Shown here: piece by piece, positions 10,301 to 18,756 of the stretch
Position numbering within the stretch: the first letter of the stretch is position 1
Layout: each line of letters starts with the position of its first letter
Source: a virus
Taxonomy: Duplodnaviria > Caudoviricetes
IMG/VR virus record: IMGVR_UViG_2974753081_000001
Coordinates: 64,001-128,000 of that record
Strand: one strand, 5' to 3'
DNA: 64,000 nucleotides
The notes under the pieces: generated by a model
Databases searched by the model: none
What the model was told of the DNA's origin: nothing
Seen by the model: only the letters and a program-made list of their open reading frames with translations
Program-made: the position numbers and the translations under genes

Positions 10301-10583
10301 CGACGAGCTGCGGACCGGCGATGTGGCGAAGGTCGGCGGGCTGGTCACTGCGGTCAAGCCGCACAAGACGAAGAAGGGCGAATGGATGGGGTTTCTGACC
10401 ATCACATTCGACGCCGAGGACTACGAGGTCCTGGTGTTCCCGGAGGCATGGGCGTCCTCCAAGATGCTGCTGGAGCTGGACACTCCGGTCATCGCCCGCG
10501 TTATCAAGCTGCGCGACGACGCAGTCCATCTATCCCAGGTCCAGCGGTTGGACTGGCTCACCAGTGGCAGAGAGGCATCATGA
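7377..10583 (+). CDS. dnaE: DNA polymerase III alpha subunit (start may be GTG 7389)
   Basis: PHP motifs HVHS, TDH, NDAHY; GRGSAGG; PDIDID; KFDLLG; FNKSHS; C-terminal OB fold. Confidence 0.97.
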   Translation: MEHSVSKYVGLHVHSQHSFLDGEASLDAMVSRIKSLGQSGGAITDHQECSGHVSFYKKMTEAGLRPVLGMEGYFHPEAHRAKELKLKASDYSHITVLARNQEGLRNLWAWSSIAYTQHFYYRAIVDWQDMKDLSAGLWASDGCGLAFMAKAIVAGDDQLQHELMGRYLDTFGDHFYMELHTFQFLDPQTEDQVRLNRELTMMNQRKVELAEAYGVPLVVVNDAHYAPPDDWKKHNLVWSMSTQQNADQTGKGQTAAWMMDEPELFTYMRRHGISDTITRQAIDNTAMIAESCDVEIKPQQRMPAVNASETEDVQQFLGLLEQGMKRRVIDRGLDEETYRKRLETEVKVIVDNHFTGYFNVVHDLVRAAKDDKDMFVGPGRGSAGGALCSYLMGITELDPIKYDLLFERFLAEGRGGFPDIDIDLQQSRLAEAKEYTAQRYGHDHVCGIGTFTRSAPKSILNDICRAMSVPIQDSKAISKAIGKLPANAAHTPQQRWDTMLELKHDRILPWVRKYPEVFSYAQKMIGMVRQSSVHASGWIISSDPLTGDLPLRSKDGKVVSQFEQGDVEWLGYVKFDLLGIRHLDTIKWTLDAIKERHGVDINPYEFTDAEFCDPAIWDRIGKGDTLGLFQLEADLMASTAKKHKPQSEREVAELLAINRPGVIDAGLLQPYIDRKHGREEVTYDHPMLEEIVGETYGILIYQEQIMKMSRVIADFTPADADWLRKVVGKKKVNELPALKEKFVEGARANRAFISGCHSNPEAVIQKLWTSIEASGEYLFNKSHSVAYALVGTWEAWLRHYYYPEFIAACMRSDPEKVPRYVRHAELNGVRVLPPDINQSRRDFVLTDDGVRYGMTTVKHVGDTAYDEIVRTRPFDSLADMMDKVAKRAVGKRVMTNLIRIGAFDKMNPDRAAVEREFYELRKIKEKDQPELPDYEDLTAMYQLEKQLVGSSILYDPLRDHHQMISALCVSSPDALDELRTGDVAKVGGLVTAVKPHKTKKGEWMGFLTITFDAEDYEVLVFPEAWASSKMLLELDTPVIARVIKLRDDAVHLSQVQRLDWLTSGREAS

Positions 10584-11761
10584 CCAAGGCTGTGTTCGAT
10601 GACAAGGTTGTCGAGAAAATCAACAAGGAGTTCGGCTCCGGCTCGATCATGAAGGCGTCGGAGCTGCCGCCGATCCCGATGGTGTCGTCGGGCTCGCTCG
10701 CGCTGGACTTCGCCATCGGTGCGGGCGGCATCCCCACCAACCGCGTCGTGGAGGTCTGCGGCTCTGAGGGCGCGGGCAAGACGACGCTCGCGCTGCTCAT
10801 CGCTCGGCAGATCATCGACCGCAACCCCAAGCGCGGGCTGGTCTACATCGACCTGGAGCACAAGATCACGCCGTCGTGGATGGAGATGCTGGTCGGCTCC
10901 GAACGGATGGACAACATCATGGTGGTCTCACCGGACAGCATCGAGCAGACCACCGAGATTTACCGGCGGCTGGTCAAGAGCGGCAAGGCGTCGATGGTCA
11001 TCGTGGACTCCATCGGCGGTGCCCCGACGAACCAGGCGATGGACGACACCCGCAACGTCGCCGAGAAGGCCGCGAGCATGGGCGGCAACTCCAAGGGCGT
11101 CTCTGAGTTCGCCCGGCTGGCGAACAACCTGTCGTCCAAGTACGACTGCCTGACCGTCGGCATCAACCAGACCCGCGACGACACCAAGAGCCGCCACGGC
11201 AACATGCTCCAGACTCCCGGCGGGCACGCCTGGAAGCACGCCTGCGTGCTCCGGATCGAGCTGCGGCGCGGCAGTGAGAAGTATCAGGTGAAGCGCGGCG
11301 GCGACGAGGTCACCGTGGGCTTCGACGTCCGGGCGAAAATCCACAAGAACCAGCTGGGCGGACAGGAGGGCCGCACCTGCGAGTGGCGGTTCTTCACCGA
11401 GGCCACCGAGCAGTTCGGTCCGTTCGGTATCGACACCACCGAGGAGTGCGTGCGCCTGGCGAAGGCCGTCGGCGTCGTGACCCAGGCGGGCGCGTACTAC
11501 CGGCACCCGGCGTTCCCCGATGGCCAGGTGATGGGCGGGGCCAAGATGCTCTCACTGATCCAGGAGGACGTGAAGGTGCGCGAGGCCGTCATCGGTGACG
11601 TGATGGACGCGCTGTCCAAGGACCCGGAGAAGCTGTCGGAGATCGCACCCATCGACACCGACGAGGACGACCCGGTGAAGGGCGACGACGAGCCAGCTCC
11701 CGTCGTGGCCAGCGGCTCCGGTCCCCTCGCCGACCTCGCGGCACGGAAGGGTGAGCAGTGA
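10580..11761 (+). CDS. recA: RecA-like recombinase
   Basis: SSGSLALDFAIGAGGIP, GSEGAGKTT, IVDSI, INQ.R, TPGGHAWKH; start re-called to ATG 10580. Confidence 0.95.
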   Translation: MTKAVFDDKVVEKINKEFGSGSIMKASELPPIPMVSSGSLALDFAIGAGGIPTNRVVEVCGSEGAGKTTLALLIARQIIDRNPKRGLVYIDLEHKITPSWMEMLVGSERMDNIMVVSPDSIEQTTEIYRRLVKSGKASMVIVDSIGGAPTNQAMDDTRNVAEKAASMGGNSKGVSEFARLANNLSSKYDCLTVGINQTRDDTKSRHGNMLQTPGGHAWKHACVLRIELRRGSEKYQVKRGGDEVTVGFDVRAKIHKNQLGGQEGRTCEWRFFTEATEQFGPFGIDTTEECVRLAKAVGVVTQAGAYYRHPAFPDGQVMGGAKMLSLIQEDVKVREAVIGDVMDALSKDPEKLSEIAPIDTDEDDPVKGDDEPAPVVASGSGPLADLAARKGEQ

Positions 11762-12114
11762 AGGAGCACTTCAAGGCGCACGAGGCCCACGTCTGCGACG
11801 TGCTGGAGGTCTCCCCCACCATCGCCTCGGGCAGCAAGTGGTACGACACCGGGGACGGTGTCGACCGCGATGCCTACGCCGCATGGCCGATCCAGTTCGA
11901 TGCGAAATGCACCATTCAGCGGTCGTACTCGATCCAGCGCGGCTTCATGGCCGGGGCGGTCCGCAAGGCAGTGGAGTCCGGCAAGCGATTCCTGCTCCCG
12001 CTGCGCTTCGTGGACGACGACGGCCAGCACGGCGACTACGTCGTGATGCCCCTGGACGACTACGCAGAACTGCTGGCGACGGCTCGGGCCTACTGGTCCG
12101 AGCATGAGGGGTGA
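11758..12114 (+). CDS. PD-(D/E)XK nuclease, probable Holliday junction resolvase
   Basis: ASG....GDG...FDAKCT; position after recA. Confidence 0.65.
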   Translation: MKEHFKAHEAHVCDVLEVSPTIASGSKWYDTGDGVDRDAYAAWPIQFDAKCTIQRSYSIQRGFMAGAVRKAVESGKRFLLPLRFVDDDGQHGDYVVMPLDDYAELLATARAYWSEHEG

Positions 12115-12341
12115 TGGACGTGGGGATGGGACCAGCGGACATCCTCGGCGATATCGAACGGGCCACCACCGAGGGGTGGACGTTCACCGTCGAGCGCGAG
12201 CAGTCCTCCGACAACACCCGGCTGCGCTTCGAGGTGGCGATGGTCCATCCCGACTGTGACCCGTCGCTACTGACGAGCCGCGCGACGTCGCTGAAGGGGG
12301 CGTTCGCCAAGGTGCTGATGAAGTGGTCGGACCAGCCATGA
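12111..12341 (+). CDS. Hypothetical protein
   Basis: Coupled ORF. Confidence 0.6.
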   Translation: MMDVGMGPADILGDIERATTEGWTFTVEREQSSDNTRLRFEVAMVHPDCDPSLLTSRATSLKGAFAKVLMKWSDQP

Positions 12342-13201
12342 CGTTGAAGAACATTCTCAATTCGCTGCAGTCCAGGCAGATCGTCATGCCCTACCTGGAG
12401 AACGCCTTCCACCAGGACGAGTGGCCGGATGAGTACAGCATCCTGGTCGACTCCGAGGACTACTACGGCCTGACCGACGAGGAAGGCGTCACGCATCCGA
12501 CGGGGCCGGGCGACGGGTACTTCCACCCGTCCTCGCACCCGCTGATGACGGCTCGGGAGCTGTACTACCGGTACCACCCCGATCTCGCCGGTCTCGTGGT
12601 GCCGGAGCGCCGGAGCTTGACGAGCCACATGACGCTGGCTGCGGGCACGGCTATGCACGCGGTGATCCAGACCCAGCTGTACATGGCGGGCATCCTCATG
12701 CGTGGCGAGACCGACGAGGACTTCGAGTGGACGCCGCAGCCGGAAAATCCCGACGTCGTCGGTCGCTGGGTGAAGAAAAATCCCTACGAGTGGGAGTACA
12801 TCAACCGTCGGCACATGGTCCGAGGGCGGATGGATGGTCGGCTGCGGCATCCGCAGGGCGAGATCGGCTTCGAGTTCAAGAGCCAGAACTCGCGCGCCTT
12901 TCGGTTCCAGGACGTCGAGAAGGACGAGTGGAAGTACCAGACCAACCTCGGGCTCGACGCCTGCGGGCTCGACCGAGGTGTGGTCCTGGTGATGGAGCTT
13001 GGGTATCCCTTCAACTTCAAGGAGTTCCCGATCACGCGCAACACCACGCTGCTTGACGAGGTGTACGGCAAGTTCGACTACGTGCGCGAGTGCGTCGCCA
13101 ACAACACCCCGCCACGCTGTGAGCACTCCTACCTGAGCCCCAAGGCCAAGAACTGCCCGGTCGGGCACCTCTGCTACCAACAGACGGAGATCGAGTCATG
13201 A
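12338..13201 (+). CDS. Cas4/RecB-like PD-(D/E)XK exonuclease
   Basis: FHPSS, GTAMH, GRMDG..FEFKS, C-terminal Cys cluster. Confidence 0.8.
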   Translation: MTLKNILNSLQSRQIVMPYLENAFHQDEWPDEYSILVDSEDYYGLTDEEGVTHPTGPGDGYFHPSSHPLMTARELYYRYHPDLAGLVVPERRSLTSHMTLAAGTAMHAVIQTQLYMAGILMRGETDEDFEWTPQPENPDVVGRWVKKNPYEWEYINRRHMVRGRMDGRLRHPQGEIGFEFKSQNSRAFRFQDVEKDEWKYQTNLGLDACGLDRGVVLVMELGYPFNFKEFPITRNTTLLDEVYGKFDYVRECVANNTPPRCEHSYLSPKAKNCPVGHLCYQQTEIES

Positions 13202-13914
13202 GGCACATCGGCGACATCGCAGACAAGGCCGGTCGCGAGCTGCAGGAGGAGCACGAGCGCATCGTCTCCGAGCGCCCGGTCCCGTTCGACGAGGACCCCA
13301 AGATCATGGAGAAGAAGGGGGTCGGGGTCTTCGGCAAGCTGAAGTTCGAGTGGCGCGACTCCGACCGGATGATCCTGGATCAGATTCGTGCTGCTGCCCA
13401 GCGCGCATTCATCGAGGGGTTCGGCGATTCGCTGCGCGTGCTCGACCGGCTCTACGAGGCCGTCCGGGTGCCGGAGGCCAACGAGCACGGCGTGGTGAAG
13501 GTCGACCAGGACGGGCGTCCGGTCTGGCAGACCGACTCCGACGGGCGGTACCTGGAGGACTGGGACAACCTCACCGGCCAGGACATCGAGCGGTGTCTGT
13601 TCGATCTCTCGCGCATCCGGCTCTACGTCGGTCCACAGGTCAACGAGTTGCTGATGGAGGCGATGTTCGCCAAGCGCATCCACCGCGACATCCACGACGA
13701 CGCCTACCTCGGCCCGGTCCAGGGCACCGTGGCCGACCGCACCGCCCAGGCGAATCGCAAGTCTCGACAGGACGACTACCAGGCGTTCTACCGGTACATG
13801 TTATGGTCGCAAGGAGATACGTTCCTGAAGGAACTCGGCAATATGCAGAGGACCTTGGAGCGTTTCCGCGAGTGGGGGATTCGAGGACAACAGGGGTATG
13901 GCAACAGAAGGTGA
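13198..13914 (+). CDS. Hypothetical protein
   Basis: ATGA coupling, phage codon bias. Confidence 0.75.
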   Translation: MRHIGDIADKAGRELQEEHERIVSERPVPFDEDPKIMEKKGVGVFGKLKFEWRDSDRMILDQIRAAAQRAFIEGFGDSLRVLDRLYEAVRVPEANEHGVVKVDQDGRPVWQTDSDGRYLEDWDNLTGQDIERCLFDLSRIRLYVGPQVNELLMEAMFAKRIHRDIHDDAYLGPVQGTVADRTAQANRKSRQDDYQAFYRYMLWSQGDTFLKELGNMQRTLERFREWGIRGQQGYGNRR

Positions 13915-14485
13915 TTGGACTCCTGTTCCGGGATTCCCTGGCTACGAGGCGTCGGCTGAACTAGGCCGGGTGCGGTCCCTGGATCGGTTAGATGCCAGAG
14001 GGCATCGCCGTAAAGGCGTGGTTTTGAAGGGCACTCAGCAGGTCCGAAAAGGGGCCGGTGGCCGTCTTCGCATGGGGCCGTTGATGGTCAGCTTGTCGAA
14101 GGACGGGAGGTCTCGGCCTTACTTGGTCCATCGAATTATTTTGCTGACTTTCGTTGGTCCGTGTCCTGAAGGTATGGAGGGGCTGCATCACAATGGTGAC
14201 GCCACGGACAATCGCCTGGTGAATCTGCGCTGGGGTACCTCGGTCGAGAACAAGGCCGATATGGTACGGCTCGGAGAGAATTTCAACGCCAACAAGGAGA
14301 GGTGTCCGCGAGGCCATCTTTTGCGCACTCCCAATCTGGTCCGTGGACCGGGAAGGGCTTGTCTGTCGTGTGCTCGCGCTCGGGCGTATCTTCACTACTA
14401 CCCTGAGAGGTCAGGGGATCTGCAGGCGGAGTCTGATCGTCGGTATGCGGAACTAGAACTGGAAGTGGGCGCTGATGAGCGATAG
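13898..14485 (+). CDS. NUMOD4-HNH homing endonuclease
   Basis: WTPVPGFPGYEAS..GRVRS (NUMOD4); VHRIILLTF..HHNGD..DN...NLRW; atypical codon usage. Confidence 0.9.
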   Translation: MATEGDWTPVPGFPGYEASAELGRVRSLDRLDARGHRRKGVVLKGTQQVRKGAGGRLRMGPLMVSLSKDGRSRPYLVHRIILLTFVGPCPEGMEGLHHNGDATDNRLVNLRWGTSVENKADMVRLGENFNANKERCPRGHLLRTPNLVRGPGRACLSCARARAYLHYYPERSGDLQAESDRRYAELELEVGADER

Positions 14486-15260
14486 TCCGGACATCTCCGG
14501 TCACAAGCTGCGGCAGCTGAGGAGCGCCGCTGCGAAGGAGGGCAACCTCGACAAGGCAGTGGTCGAGGAGATCGCCAACCTCACCGAGGAGCACCGGCTG
14601 TATGTGTTCCGACCCGAGACCCGCTGCCGGGTGTGCAACTCGGACTCGGCGGCGGCGGTGAACAAGATGCTCGCGCATGCCTTCACCTACACCGACATCC
14701 TGCGCACGCTGGAGCCGGTCAACAACGTGCTCCCCGACGACCTGAAGATCACCTACAGCTCCATCTGGAATCACGCCAAGCGCCACTTCCCCATCGAGGA
14801 GACGGCCAACGCGGTCTATCGGCGCATCGTGGAGAAGCGCGCCGAGGAGATGGAAGTCGACTTCGTCAAGGGCGTCAATGGCGCGCTGACCCCGCTCGCC
14901 TACCTCGAAGTGATGATGTACAAGGGCTACGAGAGCATGGTCGACACCGACACCGTGATCAACCCGGTCGACGGTGCTCGCGCGGCGGAGAAGCTGGCGC
15001 AGCTCACTCGCGAGATCAACGACCAGTCCGGCGACATGGCCGACACGATGGTCAAGTTCGAGCGCCTGGTCGAGGCGGTCAAGTCCAGCGTCCCCGAGCG
15101 GTACTGGCAGATCATCCTGGATGCCCTCGACGACACCCAGGGCGGCTACGGTTCGAACGTGCTCGACGCCGAGGTCGAGGAGATCGAGGCTGCGGGTTAC
15201 GACCCCGGCGACCCGGACCTCATCCCCGACGACCCAGGACTAGATGATGGCCGTTACTGA
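14475..15260 (+). CDS. Hypothetical protein with putative Zn-finger/HTH
   Basis: CRVC ... SIWNHAKRH. Confidence 0.6.
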   Translation: MSDSPDISGHKLRQLRSAAAKEGNLDKAVVEEIANLTEEHRLYVFRPETRCRVCNSDSAAAVNKMLAHAFTYTDILRTLEPVNNVLPDDLKITYSSIWNHAKRHFPIEETANAVYRRIVEKRAEEMEVDFVKGVNGALTPLAYLEVMMYKGYESMVDTDTVINPVDGARAAEKLAQLTREINDQSGDMADTMVKFERLVEAVKSSVPERYWQIILDALDDTQGGYGSNVLDAEVEEIEAAGYDPGDPDLIPDDPGLDDGRY

Positions 15261-16332
15261 TCTACCGCTGCCCGCTACCTCCGTGGACCTGGAGCGGGTC
15301 AGCGTGATCTCGTCCACCCCGCTGGATGCGGCCACCGACGAGCCGGGGCGCGGGGGCATCTTCTCCGCGTCCGGTCTCGCCGCCGGGCGTCTGTTCCACG
15401 TCCATGCCTGCCAGGACACGTTCCTGCTGTCGTATGCGACGAGCTGGACGGCAGGCACGCCTGCGGCCAACGCTCCGGGGCAGTGGTCGGCCAAGACCGT
15501 GCTGAAGCGCCCCACGTTCTGGTGGGCCAATCCGTCGGCGGCGGGCTCGGCCATCGGCGGCATCTCGGGATATGGCACCACTCCTGGCTTGCTCTACCCC
15601 CAGGGGGCGGCGGACTTGGTGATCGCCTCGGCCACCTCGGTGGACGACCTGGTGGTCTATCTCGGTTCGCACAAGGGCGGCGACTTCACGGCGGTGTATC
15701 GAGTGGAGCGGGGAGTGACGCAGTTCCTCGGCTCCACCTGGCTGACCCCCATCGATCTGACGACGAAGGTCGTGCGGTGGCGGCGAGGCGTACATGCGTT
15801 CGGTGGCTCCATCTTCGTGGCGGGGTGTGGCTCAGACAACGCGCTGTACCTGATGAAGATGCCTCTGGGACTGCGCGCCGACGCCCCTAGCGCCATCGGC
15901 GGTCGCGGTCAGACCTACCTCAGCGAGAAGGGGTGGGAGATTCCGCCGGAGTCGGCGGCTCCGCTGCGGGACTCCGTGGGCGCTCCGGTGACGAGCGTGG
16001 GGCCGGTGAGCTTCGCCTACTTCCGTGAACAGTGGATCATGAGCACCGTGGCCGACGGCGGGTCCAACTGGGAGGGCCGGTTCTATCAGGCGATGCATCC
16101 GCTGCGGGGCTGGCACCGGCTGCCGACGACGGTCAACCTCGGGGCCAAGACTCAGGACCCGCTGGTGTGTGGGGTGTGGCTGCAAGACCAGGTGAACCCG
16201 AATCCGGCGCTCGTCTCAGCGGTCACGACGGGCGACCATCGGGGTGCTCTGGCGTACACCTACACCGCCGAGACGTCGACCGCTCTCCGGACGAACTGGG
16301 GCCTGCTGCCCGTCCCGAATCCGCGTCTCTGA
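15244..16332 (+). CDS. Hypothetical beta-rich protein, possibly virion-associated
   Basis: G/S/T/W-rich, low in acidic residues, unlike neighbours. Confidence 0.55.
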   Translation: MMAVTDLPLPATSVDLERVSVISSTPLDAATDEPGRGGIFSASGLAAGRLFHVHACQDTFLLSYATSWTAGTPAANAPGQWSAKTVLKRPTFWWANPSAAGSAIGGISGYGTTPGLLYPQGAADLVIASATSVDDLVVYLGSHKGGDFTAVYRVERGVTQFLGSTWLTPIDLTTKVVRWRRGVHAFGGSIFVAGCGSDNALYLMKMPLGLRADAPSAIGGRGQTYLSEKGWEIPPESAAPLRDSVGAPVTSVGPVSFAYFREQWIMSTVADGGSNWEGRFYQAMHPLRGWHRLPTTVNLGAKTQDPLVCGVWLQDQVNPNPALVSAVTTGDHRGALAYTYTAETSTALRTNWGLLPVPNPRL

Positions 16333-16435
16333 TCGCTACCTGAAAGAAAAAATATCGGGTACGGTGGTACAAGCGAGGACAGGCCGAGGGGCCGCTATCT
16401 CGCTAAAAAATACTCACCGACCAAGGAGATTTGCC

Positions 16436-17572
16436 TTGTCAGGACACATGAAGGTGGCCGACATCCAGCCGCTGCTGGAGCGCAACGAGCGCCACATCAC
16501 GGCTCGGTTGCACGACATCACGGTGGACGAGGGTGGCCGCGAGCTGCGGCTGGTGAGCGAGGACGGGACCGACGAGTCCTTCCCGCTCGACGAGGTGGCC
16601 GAGCGTCATCTCGGGCAGTACCTGGACGTCAGCCCGGTCTACCTGAAGAAGTGCCCGTCCACGCTGAAGGCCACCAACCTCAACTACTGGCTGCACCAAC
16701 AGGATCGCGAGCAGGGTGAGGCCACTCTCGTCGTCGGCCCGGACGGCATTGAGAACATCTACTCGCCGGACAAGACGGTCGTGGCCATCCCGCGCATCGC
16801 GGAGTTCATCCACCGCACGTTCAATGGCGAGGACGAGATCGTCAACCTGATCTCCGAGCCCGGTACGTTCCATGCCGACATCATGGTGAACTCGTCGCGC
16901 ATCGAGGTGCCCGGCAACGGTCTCGGCGACCGCCCGGACGAGACCGGGCGCATCACGCAGTTCGGCGCGGGCATCGATCCCCTGGACACCCCCGAGGAGC
17001 GCGAGCAGAAGCTGGCGCAGGCTCGGGCCACCCAGGTGTTCGACATCACCCACGGCGGCGTCCGGATCATCGCTGATCCCGGCAAGAGCAAGGCTCCGGT
17101 CGTCGAGCGGTACTTCAACCGGCTCATCTGCACCAACGGCATGACCATGCCGGTGCCGGATCACTCGATCACCGTGCGCGGCAAGACGGTCGATGAGGTC
17201 ATCCAGTCGATGGAGGAGGCGGCGGAGTTCCTGCTGGGGTCGATGGACGATGCCCTGGAGGAGTACAAGGCGCTGTCGGAGGTCATCGTGCCGGGCAACC
17301 CGCTGCTGTTCATCCAGCAGCTCGGTCGCGAGCAGGGGCTCCCCGATCGCATCATCCAGCAGGCGATGGACTACGCGGGCGGCGCGGGCTTCGGTCGCAC
17401 CGACAGGGACGTGACGTCGTTCGACGTGATGCAGATTTTCACCGGCCTGGCCAACCGCAGCGGCGTTCGGTACTCGACTCAGCGTCGGCTGCAGAACACC
17501 GCAGGTCTGTTCGTACATCGCGGAGACGACCTGCTGCATCGCTGCACTCAGTGCGAGCGCCCGCTGCTCTGA
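16436..17572 (+). CDS. DUF932-like protein (start TTG 16436 or ATG 16448)
   Basis: RLICTNGM motif; RBS AAGGAG; C-terminal CxxC. Confidence 0.65.
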   Translation: MSGHMKVADIQPLLERNERHITARLHDITVDEGGRELRLVSEDGTDESFPLDEVAERHLGQYLDVSPVYLKKCPSTLKATNLNYWLHQQDREQGEATLVVGPDGIENIYSPDKTVVAIPRIAEFIHRTFNGEDEIVNLISEPGTFHADIMVNSSRIEVPGNGLGDRPDETGRITQFGAGIDPLDTPEEREQKLAQARATQVFDITHGGVRIIADPGKSKAPVVERYFNRLICTNGMTMPVPDHSITVRGKTVDEVIQSMEEAAEFLLGSMDDALEEYKALSEVIVPGNPLLFIQQLGREQGLPDRIIQQAMDYAGGAGFGRTDRDVTSFDVMQIFTGLANRSGVRYSTQRRLQNTAGLFVHRGDDLLHRCTQCERPLL

Positions 17573-17591
17573 TCGGATTCCCCGGTCAGGT

Positions 17592-17619
17592 GTAACGATC
17601 TGGCCGGGGTAAGCGATAC
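17592..17619 (+). promoter_or_regulatory. SigD-like promoter GTAACG-N16-CGATAC upstream of tRNA cluster
   Basis: Member of 12-copy family. Confidence 0.7.
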
Positions 17620-17735
17620 TCCTACCGACCCAGTGACTACCGGCGACACCCTCCACCCAACACATGCCGTCGGACTCGCGGGTCCGAACAACTGAATAGC
17701 GGGGCGCGTTCCTTAGCCGGGGGCGCGTCCGCAAT

Positions 17736-17808
17736 GCCCTGCTAGCTCACCGGACAGAGCAGCCGTTTCCTAGGCGGCGGGTACCAGGTTCGATTCCTGG
17801 GTGGGGCA
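17736..17808 (+). tRNA. tRNA-Arg (anticodon CCT)
   Basis: Acceptor GCCCTGC/GTGGGGC, D-arm GCTC/GAGC, anticodon stem GCCGT/GCGGC with loop TT-CCT-AG, T-arm CCAGG-TTCGATT-CCTGG. Confidence 0.9.
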
Positions 17809-17809
17809 C

Positions 17810-17919
17810 GGGGCGGTATTGGAGGAGTCATGACCTTCGTTCCGCCAGGGGCGCTCGGACGCGGGCGTGGCAAAGGAAGGACGAAATCCCGACGAGGTGG
17901 TTCGAATCCACCAGCCCCA
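17810..17919 (+). ncRNA. Atypical tRNA-like RNA (~110 nt)
   Basis: GGGGC/GCCCC terminal stem, T-arm GGTGG-TTCGAAT-CCACC, long central stem, no canonical D or anticodon arm. Confidence 0.55.
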
Positions 17920-17968
17920 CGATGGCGAGCGAGGGCTCGTCACACTCCCCGACCAAAGGAAAAATCTC

Positions 17969-18406
17969 ATGGAGACCCGTACCCTGATCGAGCCGTCTGC
18001 TCAGGTCATCACCATCACCACCCTCAAGCCCGGCGACACCTACAAGCGCCTGGTGAAGAACTACTCCGACACCTACGACCTGCGCATCGGCGTGGTCACC
18101 GACGTGTTGAACAACGGCTCCGAGGCGGTCCTCACCGCGCTGGAGTTCTCTGGCAGCTACAGCACCGCCGAGGCCGAGCTGAAGGTGTTCGGCGGCGACA
18201 AGGACCTCGCGCTGTTCGCGACGACTCCCGAGGAGGTCGGGGTTTACCTCGATGACGTGAACGAGCGGGCTCACCAGATGGCGGAGTCCAAGCGGCGCGA
18301 GCTGGAGAAGGCCGAGGCCGTCGTGCGCGCGGTTGAGGACACCCTGGCGAGGGCACGCGGTGGTCAGCTGTCGGCTCCCGTGGTCGAGCGCCAGGTCGAG
18401 AGCTGA
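17969..18406 (+). CDS. Hypothetical protein
   Basis: CCCGACC + AAGGA RBS; start re-called. Confidence 0.75.
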   Translation: METRTLIEPSAQVITITTLKPGDTYKRLVKNYSDTYDLRIGVVTDVLNNGSEAVLTALEFSGSYSTAEAELKVFGGDKDLALFATTPEEVGVYLDDVNERAHQMAESKRRELEKAEAVVRAVEDTLARARGGQLSAPVVERQVES

Positions 18407-18756
18407 TGCCCACGCCCTACGATGCCGCCCGTGCGGAACGTGTGGCCGATCTGACGAGGCAGGGCCTGAAGGCTCACGTCATCGCCGATCGTCTCGGCAT
18501 CACCGTCCGCACGGTCCGGCGGGACCGGGCTCGCACCGGGACTTCGCGCGAGGTGCCGCGTCGGCTCTCCGAGGAGCAGGTGAGTCGCGCGCTGTCGATG
18601 CTGCAGGACGGCTGCGCCTACATCGAGGTCAGTCGCACGCTCGGCATTCCGACCAAGACGCTGCGGCAGCGGTTCCCCGGCTACGGCATGGAGTCCGGCT
18701 GGGACTGGGCGCATCAGCTGCGCGGCATCGGCAAGTACCGACAGGAGGCGTCGTGA
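18406..18756 (+). CDS. Double HTH DNA-binding protein
   Basis: IADRLGITVRTVRR and VSRTLGIPTKTL. Confidence 0.75.
   Translation: MPTPYDAARAERVADLTRQGLKAHVIADRLGITVRTVRRDRARTGTSREVPRRLSEEQVSRALSMLQDGCAYIEVSRTLGIPTKTLRQRFPGYGMESGWDWAHQLRGIGKYRQEAS

Noticed and set aside
7428-10529. 1033-aa minus-strand ORF, and similar long antisense ORFs (363-1355, 4153-5412, 11945-13180, 16439-17734, 61653-63542)
   Set aside because: Shadow ORFs of high-GC3 plus-strand genes; no motifs or RBS, and fully overlapped by well-supported genes
3059-11761. Inteins or introns in dnaB, dnaE, recA
   Set aside because: Lengths are normal and no C/S...HN splice motifs or LAGLIDADG inserts are seen
17810-17919. tmRNA gene
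   Set aside because: Only ~110 nt, no tag ORF or pseudoknot region, no G3-U70; kept as an unclassified tRNA-like RNA
17830-17968. ORF-track starts at 17830/17867, and ORFs beginning inside promoter cassettes (e.g. 59872, 60382, 61111)
   Set aside because: They run through RNA genes or promoter repeats; better RBS-supported starts lie downstream
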